In this document: piece after piece, positions 41,379-54,025 of the stretch
Layout: each line of letters opens with the position of its first letter
How positions within the stretch are numbered: position 1 is the stretch's first letter
Assembly: GCA_951406725.2 (NCBI GenBank)
Contig: OX597836.1
Location: forward strand, 21,080,001-21,144,000
Direction: 5' to 3'
Length of the DNA stretch: 64,000 nucleotides
Source: Octopus vulgaris
Taxonomy: Eukaryota
The notes under the pieces: model-generated
Databases searched by the model: none
What the model was told of the DNA's origin: nothing
The model's input: only the letters and a program-made list of their open reading frames with translations
Translations under genes and position numbers: made by a program

Positions 41379-41760
41379 CCCTTTGCCACTCGCATTACTC
41401 TGACAAATGTTATACTTGTTTATTCGTGTTGTTTTGAATTAATCATGCATTAATCTTGAGGCCTTCAGATTTTTTAAGATGCAACTTTATTTTCAGAATG
41501 AGATTGTAGGGTAGGTGCAAGGGGCCAGATCAAGCTAGTTTGGACATAAAACAGGTAGAATATTTTAGCTGGATACAGCCTGTTTAAATGTTAAAATTCC
41601 GCCGAGGTCGACCTTACCTTTCATCTTTTCGGGGTCGATAAATTAAGTACCAGTTACACACTGGGGTCGATGTAATCGACTTAATACCCCTATTGTCCTT
41701 GTTTGTCCCCTCTATGTTTAGCCCCTTGTGGGTAATAAAGAAATATAAATGTTAAAAGGA
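41379..41760. mobile_element. TTAA MITE (same family as 33683) containing a nested SINE fragment
   Basis: TTAA-CCCTTT...AAAGGA-TTAA; interior homologous to 33683-33901. Confidence 0.7.
41597..41745 (+). mobile_element. 5'-truncated SINE with a 12-bp TSD
   Basis: GAGGTCGACCTTACCTTTCATCTTTTCGGGGTCGATAAATTAAGTACCAG central domain; TSD TAAATGTTAAAA at 41585-41596 and 41746-41757. Older relatives near 2920, 4140, 23225, 44290, 56830 and 58830. Confidence 0.8.
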
Positions 41761-43044
41761 TTAAAAAAAAACATAGAATTCACACTCTATAATGAAAGTC
41801 TTTCAGATTTCATTTGTTTAATATATCCTCAGACAGAGAAATTAAGGAAAATTAACCCAATATAGCAATCAAAAGGCAATCAAAGAAAGCAAGGTATCTT
41901 CAAAAGTGCATCAATTTCAACAGACAACACTCAAAAAGAAACAAAATATAAAAGAAAGAAAAAAAAAGGTGAAACTTGCCCAATACATAAATAGAAAGTA
42001 GGGATTGGAACTGTGTCGCACAGATTCCGCCTAAGGATTATATTAACTTTACACATATCTGTGGAATATTCAGCCACTCTATGCAATCATTTTGTTCATG
42101 CCCTGGGCAAGCCTTGACCAAACAGATATATAATCAAAATCTTTATTTATAGAGTGTGTATAGGAACTCAGTTTATATATCCAAAGTAATTATATTTTAA
42201 GACAGTGGAGTACGAGTTACAGGAAATTTTACTTGCTATTCCTAGCACATAGAGTGACCTCAAAGGGGCTATGTCCTTTACACTGAATAGATAGTTTTGC
42301 CAAAAGAACAACTGGAGTGTGCATCAGCAATACTGACAATGAACCTTTTCATTTGTTTGTATATGTATGTGCATGTATACATGCACATATATATATTAAG
42401 TTTTAATTTATATACACGTAAATTAAAATCAAATTATTTTTAATATTCAAATTTTATCCTTAACTGCAATATTTTAAGTAAAAAATTTCTTGTTCTGTAC
42501 TTTACCAGATGTAATAAGTTGTCTTGAACTTTTCCAAGTGCAATAGCTTGTCCTGTAATTTTCCAGGTTTATAATCTTAAGAATATTATTTCTCTTGCTC
42601 GCATTTTTCCATGTAATCCACGTTTCTTCCAGGCTATGCTATTATGCTAATTAATAATGCATCAAATGTGTCTATTAGCAGTAGGTACAGATTAAAGCAG
42701 AAAAGAAAAGACAGACAGTTTGGCAAGACTTGAGGACATTTGATTTAGCTATATAATAATAAAAGGTTTAGGTAGTCTCTGACAGCTGTTTCTAGAATAT
42801 TCCAGATATTTGAACATCGTATCAAGCAAAGTTTCCATATGTTGAGTATTCCGTCACCTTCATTAATGATAGATGTTGTAGCTCATATCTGTGCATGTGG
42901 GTGAAAGCAAACTAAGCTTATTATAGATAACAGAGCAGTGCTCAAATGGATGGTAACTTAAGCTCCAACCTCTTCATCCAGAGCCTGGACCTTTACATCA
43001 AACGTCAGCTGTAAGAACAATCCTTATTGAGCTGTAACGGAGTT

Positions 43045-43280
43045 AGTGAGGTAGACAAACACAGGTAGGCTTGAGTTGTATATTTACGCAGAGCACAGAA
43101 AATAGAGATTACAGAATAAAGAAAAAAACGATAACTAAAGAACAGCAAGAATTATGTAAAGTCTTATCTCTTTACATAATTGTTCTGTTCTGTTGTTATC
43201 TTTTTTTCTCTATTCTGTAATCTGTACTTTCTGAGTTCTGTGTAAATATGTCTAAATCCTACCCGTGTTTACCTTACTAC
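43045..43280. repeat. Long imperfect palindrome (foldback), ~115-nt arms, ~8-nt loop
   Basis: ...GATTACAGAATAAAGAAAAAAACGATAAC...AATTATGTAAAG-tcttatct-CTTTACATAATT...GTTATCTTTTTTTCTCTATTCTGTAATC...; outer AAACACAGGTAGG/CCTACCCGTGTTT. Confidence 0.85.
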
Positions 43281-43869
43281 TTCTCTCTCTCTGTCTCAAA
43301 TATATATAAATATATATAATTAGATAGATAGAAAGTTATACACACACATGTTGAGTTCCATTTCTCCTGTTTGTTCCACCAAATTAATGTGTGTGTGTGT
43401 GCATTGATTAATTATATTTACAGTTGATTGTTCAAGACACATCATACAGTATATTGTATTTATATAATTACATAAATGAAACTGTAACTCCTAATTGGGA
43501 TTTGAGAAAATATATAAATGCAATATGTCTATCATAAGTTAGCAAAAAAAAAAAAAGAAAAGAAAAAGAAAAAGGACAAAACACAGGTTTTGTTCTTTCA
43601 TGAAACAACACATTTTTAATTAACTTTAATAAGCAAGTAATTTATACAGGAAAATGATTTATCCCAGCATACCTCACATAATTACAGTTGCATCAGATGA
43701 TAATATATTTCTTCCTGTAAATTCTAGTTTCTGAAATCCTCACTGACTCTACATTTCCATCAAATTTAAAACATTCTTAAGCCACTGATAATAGTAAATA
43801 TGAAAAAGAGGAATGAGACTAAAAAATCAGTTTTTCATCTTCTTCTTATTATTATTATTATTATTATTA

Positions 43870-44252
43870 CTAGCAGTATCGCCCGGCGTTGCTCAGGTTT
43901 GTAAGGGAAATAACTATAAAGCATTTTTAGAGAGTTATAGCCAAAAAATAGCAAAAAAATGGAAAAAAAATGATGGTAAATTTTTTTGAGAGTTAAAAAA
44001 GGTGGAGTTGCGTCCCCTAGACGGTCTGTGGTTTGGGTTTCTGATTCTCGACCCCATGTCGAATTTATCGATTTTTTTCAGAACTGGGGGAACTTTTCAA
44101 AATTTTCGCTGCGTTAGTTTTGAATTATGACATTGGGCTATGTGTGTGTCAAGTTTCATCAGAATCGGTTGAAAGCCGTGGTCAGAGTGAGGGTACGAGA
44201 AAACAGACACACAGAAAACGCACAGACAAACTGCCGTTTATATAGAGAGAGA
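43870..44252 (-). mobile_element. Non-autonomous Helitron
   Basis: Minus strand starts TC and ends in a subterminal hairpin CCTGAGCAACGCCGGG then CTAG. Inserted between A and T in a (TTA)n tract, no TSD. Confidence 0.85.
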
Positions 44253-47200
44253 TTATTATTCTTATTATTATTATTAAACTCAGAATGTCTTTACATTCTG
44301 AGTTCAAATTCCTCTGAGGCCAACTTTGTCTTTCATCCTTTCAGGGGTCAATAAAATAAATACCAGTTGAGAACTGGGATCGATGTAACTGACTTAGCTC
44401 TGAAATTGCTGGCCTTGTGCCAAAATTTGAAAGCATTTTTATTTTATTATTATTGAGTGAGAGAACAGCACATGCCACCAAAGTGATACTGGGGTACAAA
44501 TATATGAAGCTTAGTATATCCATCATAACTACCTGTCTGATAAAGGGTACACCAGGTACACTACAGTGAGCCTTTGACTGGCCATTGAAAATATAACCAC
44601 TAGGATATTTATTGTTCACAAAATGCATGTATATTTATAAATATATGCATACACACACACAGATAATACAAATATATACATACATGTACACACACACAGT
44701 TACACCCACACTCTCACAAGCACACCTCAAACACATAACAATCAAATACAAAATATACATAAACATGATACACAGAGTTCATGCTTCTATGGATTTCCAA
44801 GTATTTTTCATACCTACTAATACTAAAAGAATGTGTAACAATGAGAAAATTACTCAGCAGAGCAGCGATACATAAATGGAACAAATTGAGAAAATGTTGC
44901 TCGTTCCAGTCACCATCAGTGCAATCAGGTGAGTTTGGGTCAGAAAATATTTCCTGCTGTTTTATTTTAACTTCTTTTATCTGAGGTTAAAGTTAAAATT
45001 TTTTTAGAAAAATTTTGAGATTTGATTCAAAGATCCTGCAAGGTAAATCCTCGTTAATAATTTCTTAGACATGGGAATGAATAAAGGCTCTAATTTAGAA
45101 GAGGATTGAGAACAAGTCTCTCTTTTAGTATTTAAATGATCTTTTATCATGTATCTTTTATGTGTTTCACTCATTAGACTGTGGCCATGCAGTAAGGCAC
45201 GATTTTCAGATTTCACTGCTATTTCTAGCAAGTAAGCAACTACATAGTGACCTATTTGTTGTATAACTAATGCTTTTTTATATTGTCTAGCATACACACA
45301 CACACACACAAACAAACAATGGTTAAATATATATTCCAATTATACATACTGCAGGAATATAGCCAACACTGAAGATCATTTTACATTATAGAGTATGTAA
45401 ACAAAACATACATTTATGAGTAAATATAACAATAGCTTTTTACATTGCTACAAAGAAAGCCATAAATATGAGGGAGGGAATGAGGTTTATTTTTTCTTTT
45501 TGTTACATTACTTAGGAGAGAAACGGTAGCACTGCTGACCTTTCTCTGAGAAGTTTTTCTCAAACTGAAGACCTATTTAAATGCTTCAATAGACCACATT
45601 CCACTTAAAGTTACCCAAAAGCCAAGAAGTTGTGTTAAATCAAGTCACGGATTAAGCCTACCAATCAAAATCCTAGAATGGTCCCCACCAAAGAGCTTCC
45701 AACAGTTACTAAAATCACTAACAAGACTTTGGTAATCCCAAGGTTATGACAGAAGGGTACCTACCCAAGGTGAAGCAAAGTGAGAGTGAACCTAAAATGA
45801 TATAGCTGTAACTCAAAATTTTTACCATTTTTTCTCAGCACCCTGAACATACATGATGTCTCCAAGGGTGATACAAAATGTAATGCAAATACCAGAGCAG
45901 TCAAAGATGCAGAAGTGATAGTAATGAAAAGTGGTGGATAATTCAAAAGCTGAAGTCACAATAAATTTAATGTGAAGCTTTTAGTTTCAAAATTAGAGAG
46001 TATCAAAGAGAGAGGGGGAGATAGGAAAAAGAGAGAGAGAGATGTGAGGGGAAAAAAGAAAGAGATGTGAGGGAAAGTTTATCAGACAGTGAATATTTTA
46101 GAATACATTTGAAATTTAAGCAAGAAGCATATAGGGAAAGAGACTTTTAAATACTGATGAAGTGAATATTTTAGATGGTTATACATTTGAAATTTAAGCA
46201 AGGAAGCAACCAGGGTTTGGGTTGTATTCTTCCAGTAATGTAACAAGAGTAATGATACTAAATATGTTGAAGAGAAGGGCCAAGTGTTAGTGTTAAACAG
46301 GTACTAGAATGTGCTTAGTGCTGATTCTGTCGACTAAATATCACTCAAGAAATTATATTATAAACTTTCCCATAGTTTGTAGGCACAGGTGTGGCTGTGT
46401 GGTAAGAAGCTTGCTTCCCAACCACATTGTTCTGGGTTCAGTCCTACTGCACAGCACCTTGGGCAAGTCTCTTCTATAGCCTCAGGCTGACCGAAACCTT
46501 TTGAGTGGATCTGGAAGGCAGAAACTGATAGGAGCTCAATGTGCGTGTGTCTGTGTGTGTGTGTGTGTGCCTGTGTGTCTGTGTGTGTGTGTGTGTTCCC
46601 TATTACTGCTTGATAACTGGTGTTGGTGTGTTTACATCCCTGCAACTTAGTGGTTCAGCCTAAGAGACTGACAGAGGCAATGGTAAGAGACATTTGCCTG
46701 AATTGTCACAGAGTGAGATCGAACTTGCAACCATGCAGTTGCAAGACAAACTTGTTTACCACACAGCTACACTCAAACACTTGAAAACTAATAAAATATC
46801 AATATTGTGTTTAGAACTTCAGAACAAGGAGAATTTTAAACTGAAGTTTAGAAACACCAATCAAGATTATAGAAAGCACAGAAGTTGTAGGTTTAGATGA
46901 AGGTTACCTCTTGAAAGTGAAAGCTAGTGACTTTGAAAGAACAAGTGTGAGTATTTGTTTTATAAGAAGTATTATGAAATATTGGATATGTGTACTCTGT
47001 CATAGCTTTAGGATGACCAACTCTCCAAAACTATTGTAGAATACACTAGCCCAGTGTACAACAAAGAGAGATGGAGCACAAAATAATGTAACTGAGAAGC
47101 AAACTTCTTGACAATAGAGCCATGTCTTCATCTGTTTGTGAACTTGTGATAGACAGGCATCCTACACAATTCACAGAAGTTTTTGTCTTTTCTACAGAAC

Positions 47201-48217
47201 AACTACAAAGCCAGAGTTAGCAATGGGTACTGGTGAATTGTGTAATTGCTGAAGGGATTGGCTTACACAACCTATCTTACTTACACATCATTAGTATTAT
47301 TATTACTTCTATTCCTCTAAAGGTTGACAAAAGGAAAACTGTTTATTGCAGTGTTATTTTAAAACTACTTGGAGGGGAAGGAATTGGAAAGAAAGAGACA
47401 AGAAAGGATATCCAAGTGGCTATTAACTTATGGCATCTGTTCAGGTTTTACTTCCAGCCTATCCGATTTCTTCGTTAACTATTTCTATTTCCATTGATGG
47501 GTCTCGGGCATCGTGCCAACAACTTACACACTATCATACTTCCAATAAGACAAATACAAATTTTCTCACTTGTTCACTTTCAACACACAATAAAATGACT
47601 AGCTTTCATTTTCAAGAGCCAGCTCTCTTCTAAAACTACAACTTCTACTGTTATTTCTTTAATCTTGACAGGTGTTTTTAAAATTCGGTCTAAAATTCTC
47701 CTTGTTCGAAAGTTCTATATACAATGTTGATATTTTATTAATTTCCAAGTGCACAAGCATAGCTATCATCATCATCATCATTTAACGTCCGCTTTCCATG
47801 CTAGCATGGGTTGGACGGTCCAACTGGGGTCTGGGGAGCCCGAAGGCTGCACCAGGCCAGTCAGATCTGGCAGTGTTTCTACAGCTTGATGCCCTTCCTA
47901 ACGCCAACCACTCCGAGAGTGTAGTGGGTGATTTTATGTGCCACCGACACAGGTGCCAGACGAGGCTGGCGAACGGCCACGCTCGGATGGTGTTTTTTAT
48001 GTGCCACCGACACGTGGTTAAAAAGTTAGTTTCACAACCACTTAGTATCAAGTTTGATTCCATTATGCAGTACCTTCGGTACATAACCTCTCAAACTGAC
48101 CGATTCCTTGAGAGTGCAAATTGGTAGGCAGAAACTGACAAAATCCTGTTGTTTTACTCACTCTTTCATAGCTTTCAATCAATACTGTATCACTGCCTTT
48201 AAAGTTTTAGTTAATTA

Positions 48218-48591
48218 CTAGCAGTATCGCCCGGCGTTGCTCGGGTTTGTAAGGGAAATAACTATAAAGCATTTTTAGAGAGTTATAGCCAAAAAATAGC
48301 AAAAAATGCATTAAAAATGGAAAAAAAATTATGGTAATTTTTTTTAAATCGTTGACTCATCGTAGACATTTTTAGAGAGTTACTTCCCTTTATTTAAAAA
48401 ATATGCATTAAAATGGAAAAAAATGATGGTAAATTATTTTTAAAATCGTAGACTCATCGTAGACGCACGCTAATACCCAGAAGGGCTCGATATGAATCAC
48501 GACTATAAGATACTGCATCGCAAAATGTGGGAGTAGTTAGGAATCTAAATCGGAGTAGACAGACACACAACCTTTCTTTTATATATAAAGA
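48218..48591 (-). mobile_element. Non-autonomous Helitron
   Basis: 5' TC; 3' CCCGAGCAACGCCGGG hairpin then CTAG; A|T site. About 90 bp at the 3' end is nearly identical to the element at 43870. Confidence 0.85.
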
Positions 48592-49709
48592 TATCAACCC
48601 CCGTACTTAAATGGCTAAACCCTTCCTTACACAAAACTTCATCAGTCAGTGTTTTCAAATCTGAATGTGAGAGGTTCCTCACCCATGTTCCTGAGGAAGC
48701 CTATATGTGCTTGCAATATTTGTTAGAAATAGCAGTCTAATTGCACTCGTATCACACTCTAGTTTCAAAAAATAATAAGACAACACTGAATAACTGTCCT
48801 AGATACACTATGTTTAGAAAAAGGGTGGGGAAGGGATAGTTACAACAAGAATGCTTTGTTGCTGTTGTTTAGCCTTAAAGCCAAATTCTATCATCAAAGG
48901 GATCCTAGTTGTGATCCTCCCCCACCAATGTTTTAACAATTTATATCGAGAACTACATACTATAATATATCCTACTTTCATTAAGATGGCAGGCTGTGAT
49001 TTAAGGATGATATGGCTGCTATTTCTATCAGGTCTGCTTTACAATAAATACCTTAGTAGTAATAATTTCTTTTATTGACACAAGAGGACAATGACAATAG
49101 TGATGAATGTTAATACACAGAAGGAGGATGGCATAACAGCTTACTGTTCGTGGTGGAGGTGGGGACTTACAATATACAAAACAAAATTAGGTAAAGAATA
49201 TATAAAGAAAAATTATGAATTCAATTGAATAAGCTCATCAATGAATCTTTATTAACATCTGAAATAATATTTTGACAACAAAATCTTTACATTTTTGAAC
49301 TCATAAATAACATTCTTTTAGCAGTAATAGTTTTTAATTTAATTTTCTTGCCAAAGGAGTTAAACAAAAAAATAAATGAATTAAAATCAAACAGAAATTT
49401 TTCATTAGTTGTGAAAATTGAGATATTTAATTTTCTAATAATTTTATAGTTAAAATGTGCTCTTTTTTCATTTTCCATTAATTTTTTAATGCCAAGAAAA
49501 ATTTTTCTCCTGTTAAAATATTGAAATATATATGTGCAAAGGCATGGATATGTGTTTAAAAAGCTTGCTTCAGAAACACATGGTTTCAGGTTCAGTTCTG
49601 CTGTGAGGCACTCTGAGCAAATATTTTCTTCAACTATAGCCTTGAACTGAATAATGCCATGTGAATGAATTTGGTAAGAGAAACTGCGTAGAAGCCTCTT
49701 GGCACCGCA

Positions 49710-49912
49710 GTCGCTTTTACATAGCCCCACAAAGGTGCTTTTACATGGCATCACACAGGCGCTTTTACATAGCCCCACAAAGGTGCTTTTACATGGCATC
49801 ACACAGGTGCTTTTACATAGCCCCACAAAGGTGCTTTTACATGGCATCACACAGGCGCTTTTACATAGCCCCACAAAGGTGCTTTTACATGGCATCACAC
49901 AGGTGCTTTTAC
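49710..49912 (+). repeat. Minisatellite: 48-bp dimer of two alternating 24-mers within an RTE-UTR-like element
   Basis: (GYGCTTTTACATAGCCCCACAAAG-GTGCTTTTACATGGCATCACACAG) about 4 times, followed by the RTE tail to about 50072. Confidence 0.9.
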
Positions 49913-52649
49913 AGCACCACGTAAAAGCATCCAGCACACTCTGTAAAGTGGTTGGCATCCAGCTGTAGAAACCATGCCAAATGAAACTAGAGTCTGGTAC
50001 AGCTCCCCAGCTCTGGTCAAACCGTCCAACCCATGCCAGCATAGACAATAGACATTAAATGATGATGATGATGCTTATAAGAATTTTATAAACTTTCAAG
50101 AGAATATAAAATAATTCTTTTTTGGAATAATGGCTCTCAAAGCACATCACATACAGCTGTAAATATTGGGTTGTAAAAACTCTTTTGGACAAAAAAAGTT
50201 GAAGGCTGTCCAAAAGACCTGAGCCCACATCTCCTGAAGACACACACACGCATACATATATGCATGTGTGTGTGTGTGTGTGCACATCTTTGTCTGCCTC
50301 CCCACTGCCTGACAACTGCTATTGGTTTGTTTGCATCCCTATAAATTAGCAATTTGACAAAAGGAGACTAATATATTACGTACACAAGGCTTAAAATTAC
50401 TTCTGGGGTTGATTTGTTTAACTCTTCAAGGTAGTGCCGCACTATGATCACAGTCTCAATGACGGAAACAAATGAAAGATTAAAAGAATATGTACAAGTG
50501 AGTGAACATGCATGCATGTTCCTATCCCTGCAACTGTATTTTCTTCACTCCTTCTGATATCTCTCTCCTTTTAATGATTGAACAAAGTGTTAATTAGAAA
50601 GAAGTGAGTAACATCTTGTTTGCTCATATACATAATTTAGAATTGGAAAAAAATTTACTCAATCTTTTTTCTTTTTGCTGTTGTTTATTTGTTGCTGTTT
50701 TTATTTGCTACTTGTATTTAATTTCCAACCTGCTTCAAGGATCTCTTTCAATTAGCTGTTTAAAGATTTTTTTTTTTTTTTTGTGTATGTGAGCGAGCAA
50801 AAAGAAAAACCTTAACATTAGAATATAATTATATATCTGGAATTCTTTTCTAATTGTTCTTCTATCTGTCATTTCACAGGAAATTTAATGCTGGAGGGTG
50901 GGTTGGAAGGAAGTAAAGCTGGTGTAAACATTTAAAAAAGAAACGTACATAACTAGCTCGTTAAGCAAATAGCATAATTATTTAAATATCTTTGTAAAAA
51001 TAAAATCATCATTAATCATCAACATTTATATTAACATCACTTCAGACATTTGAGGGGTGGGGTAGTTTTTTGTTCGTTTTTTTTTTTTTTCTCCTATACT
51101 GGTGTGAGTAAGATATGTGAACGATATCATTTGGTTCCAACAATCTTTGGTCAATCCTTCTGCAAATACTACTGAACTTGTGTTAAAACCTGAACTCATA
51201 TTCTCATTGAAAGACTAGGAATCATTTATTATCAAAAATTCAAAATTTCTATTCTTACCAAAGCTGTAAAGCTTTTATGATAGACTAAGGACCACATGGT
51301 CTTTAAGTGCCTTTAATATGCTCTACTCTCTTGCCCACATTCTGATTGAGTATTCAGTTTTTTTAAGGGATTTTTTTTTTAATTGCTTAATCGGAAAGGA
51401 GAGCAATGAATACAATCCTCCTCAGAGTTTCTGAGAAAGGTGAGAAGGAAAGGGAATGGTATCCTCAAACTGGAGACTTGGCCCAAATACTAGCAATATG
51501 GACTATATTATAAATATGCAAGAGCCAGGCGGTGTATTAAATCAGGTGATATATTAAGTTTATCACCCAAGAAGGTCACTGTGTTATTTGAACCAAGAAC
51601 ATAATGAAACAAAACAAATAAGTCATCCTGTCTGATGTTCCAACGATTCTGACAGTCCACCGACTTAATTGATCAACCCCAGAAGGTTGAAAAGTTTGAG
51701 ACTGACTCAATATTTCTGATGTTCTTCCTTCTGCAGCAATCTGAGAGTTGTCATTTTCTATTCACTGTTTCTCACCAATCTAGGACCCCATGTAACAATG
51801 AAAAACATAGTGAGAGGGTCATGGAAGTTGTTGTTCTTTCTTTAAGACATCAACAACAAAAAAAAAGAAAACAAATCAGCAATATTGTCTTTCCTCCTGA
51901 CACCAACCTTGTTGTATTCAAACCCCCATATCTCACATTGATCTCATTCTCCAGAATGTGGGGCCTTCAGAATTCCCTTCATGTCTGGTCTTTCTTGCAG
52001 ATGTCGCCTTACAAAAAGTTCAAGAGGAACATTAATAGCATCAGCCCCACTGGTCGAGGTGGGCCCACAAAGGTCATATGTGCTATCGCTTTCTCCTAGA
52101 CCCAGCAAGTAAAATGGAAAAAAAAAAGTACAGCAGCATATGTTTTGGGGTTATTCTAAGTTAATTATTTCTCCAAATATCACACTACACACTCAATAAA
52201 ATTGATGAAGTGGTACAACAGGAAAAATTAAACACTTTGGGTGGAAAAGGAGTGGGAGAAGACTGGTGATGACATAGGCAAAAATGGCAAGAGTTGATTT
52301 CAGGATGCTAAACCTTAGCAAAAATGACAGAAGAAAGCAAAAAAGTGATGATATGTTGCAGCAGCAGCAGAGGAGCAGGATTACTTTATGTGCGTACAAA
52401 ATTATATTTTCCTTAACAATAGCATGTTGAAGTTTACATGGCTATGTTTTATCAAATAGAAAAGTACTGGTGGTTAGAGAAATACATTCTCCAAGATAAA
52501 GTTGTGTTTATATTTACCAAACAGACTTTTTCCGTACAGAACTGCTGCAAGCTTTCTTAAATTATTTATATCCTTTGTTACTTCTGATTATTAGCAAAAT
52601 CTGGAATGCATCAATGAAGTAACCAATACATGAGCCAATAAAATAGTCC

Positions 52650-52762
52650 CTGATGAACCAACAAGGGAATCTCTAACAAGCCAAGGGAATCTTTAACAAG
52701 TTAATGAGGGAGTCTCTAATGCTCCAACAAAGAGTCTTTAATGAGCCAGTGGGGGAACATCT
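52650..52762 (+). repeat. Degenerate ~22-bp minisatellite
   Basis: About 5 copies of CAAGGGAATCTYTAACAAG variants. Confidence 0.6.
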
Positions 52763-52779
52763 ATATGGTCTCCAGTATG

Positions 52780-52955
52780 TTTAGAAATAACAGCCAAATC
52801 CACTTCAAATTACATCCCATTATCTTGAAACAGTAAAACACAACTGATAATGTAGTACCTGATACTCAAAAATCAAATGCTAAAATAGTCTTAACTGGAA
52901 TGCTTTTGATCATAGTCCTGCTAGATCAGAGCTATCCTGGAGCTCAACAATAAAA
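52780..52955 (+). repeat. Old dispersed repeat with an (AAC)n-like tail
   Basis: TAGAAATAACAGCCAAATC...GAATGCTTTTGATCATAG...GATCAGAGCT...AACAA. Diverged copies near 6200, 6945, 9265, 9500, 14170, 31935, 40760, 41160, 48720, 53590 and 55400. Confidence 0.6.
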
Positions 52956-53729
52956 ACAATCATTAAATGAATAATTTATATGGTCTTATGAATCAAGATT
53001 AAAAATGGCAAACACTGAAACAATGTGAAATTTGAGTCTCATAATGGACAGAAGTGAAACAAGTAAACAAGGAATCTATGAAAACAAAATGATAGAATAA
53101 AAGAAAACTAAACAAAAAGTATAAAATAGTGAAAAGTCATTATCTGATCTTAGACATGTAGAGTTTATCTCATTTGTTGAAACAAACCTTATCTTGAACA
53201 ACAACAACAAACATTACCCCTCACTGCTCCCATCTTTATTAATCCTTATCATAAGCATGTTTTTTTTTAAATGTTTCTATTAGTAATGACACAATTTTAA
53301 TGTATATTTCTTTGGCTGGCTGGAATGGTCTCAAATATCAGCACTAGAATATGAATTTTTACCAATGAAAATTAGAAACAAAAAAAAAAACAAAAAAAAT
53401 AATATAAAATAAAAACAATCTTTTATATGAATTATTGATAAAAAGCTGGAAATAAATCTAACTGGTTTTTCATACTGAACTATTATACCATATTATATCA
53501 ATTTCTCTAATGTAAGGCCATGGATTTACATATAACAAATGTAATATGTGTTGAACCAGTGAGAAAGTCTCTACACAGTCAGCCAAACTTCCAGAAATAG
53601 CAGCCAAATTTCTCTCAAAATCCTTGCTATTTTAAAAAGAAGAGCACATTATGTACTTCTTGATACACAATGTCAATGGCTGAGTATTCCACAGTCGTGT
53701 GTACCCATAACAAAATATTCAGGCTGAAT

Positions 53730-54025
53730 CAGCTGTAGTATGCCAGAGAGATGGCTACATTGGTATGGACATGTAATGTGTTTGGATAAATGATGACAAG
53801 TGAATAAAGTGGTCTCAAGAGATCCGTGTGGAAAGACCCAGCAAAAGAGGAAAACCTAGGAAGACATGGACAGCAGTGGTAAAAGCTTATCACAGGATGC
53901 TGAACCTCACAAAGAAGATGACAAAGGACTGCAACAAGTGGCAGGATGCTTTGTTGAAGAGGACACATCTAACTCATGCAGGCATGGAAAACGAGTGTAA
54001 AAATGATGATGATGATGATGATGAT
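53730..54025 (+). mobile_element. RTE 3' end in which the ORF runs directly into the terminal stem-loop and (GAT)n
   Basis: LHWYGHVM...ERPSKRGKPRKTWTAVVK...MTKDCNKWQ, then CTCATGCAGGCATGG and GATGATGAT. Confidence 0.75.

Noticed and set aside
44911-44935. Plus-strand 19-nt microexon (ccag|...CAG|gtgagt)
   Set aside because: No other evidence for a plus-strand gene; such motifs arise by chance in 64 kb.
49287-50048. Longest ORF (253 aa, repeated CKSTCVMPCKSTFVGL)
   Set aside because: Product of a stop-free 48-bp minisatellite plus SINE and RTE-UTR sequence.
52650-52680. CTGATGA as a hammerhead core (also near 46155 and 60035)
   Set aside because: No stem II followed by GAAA.
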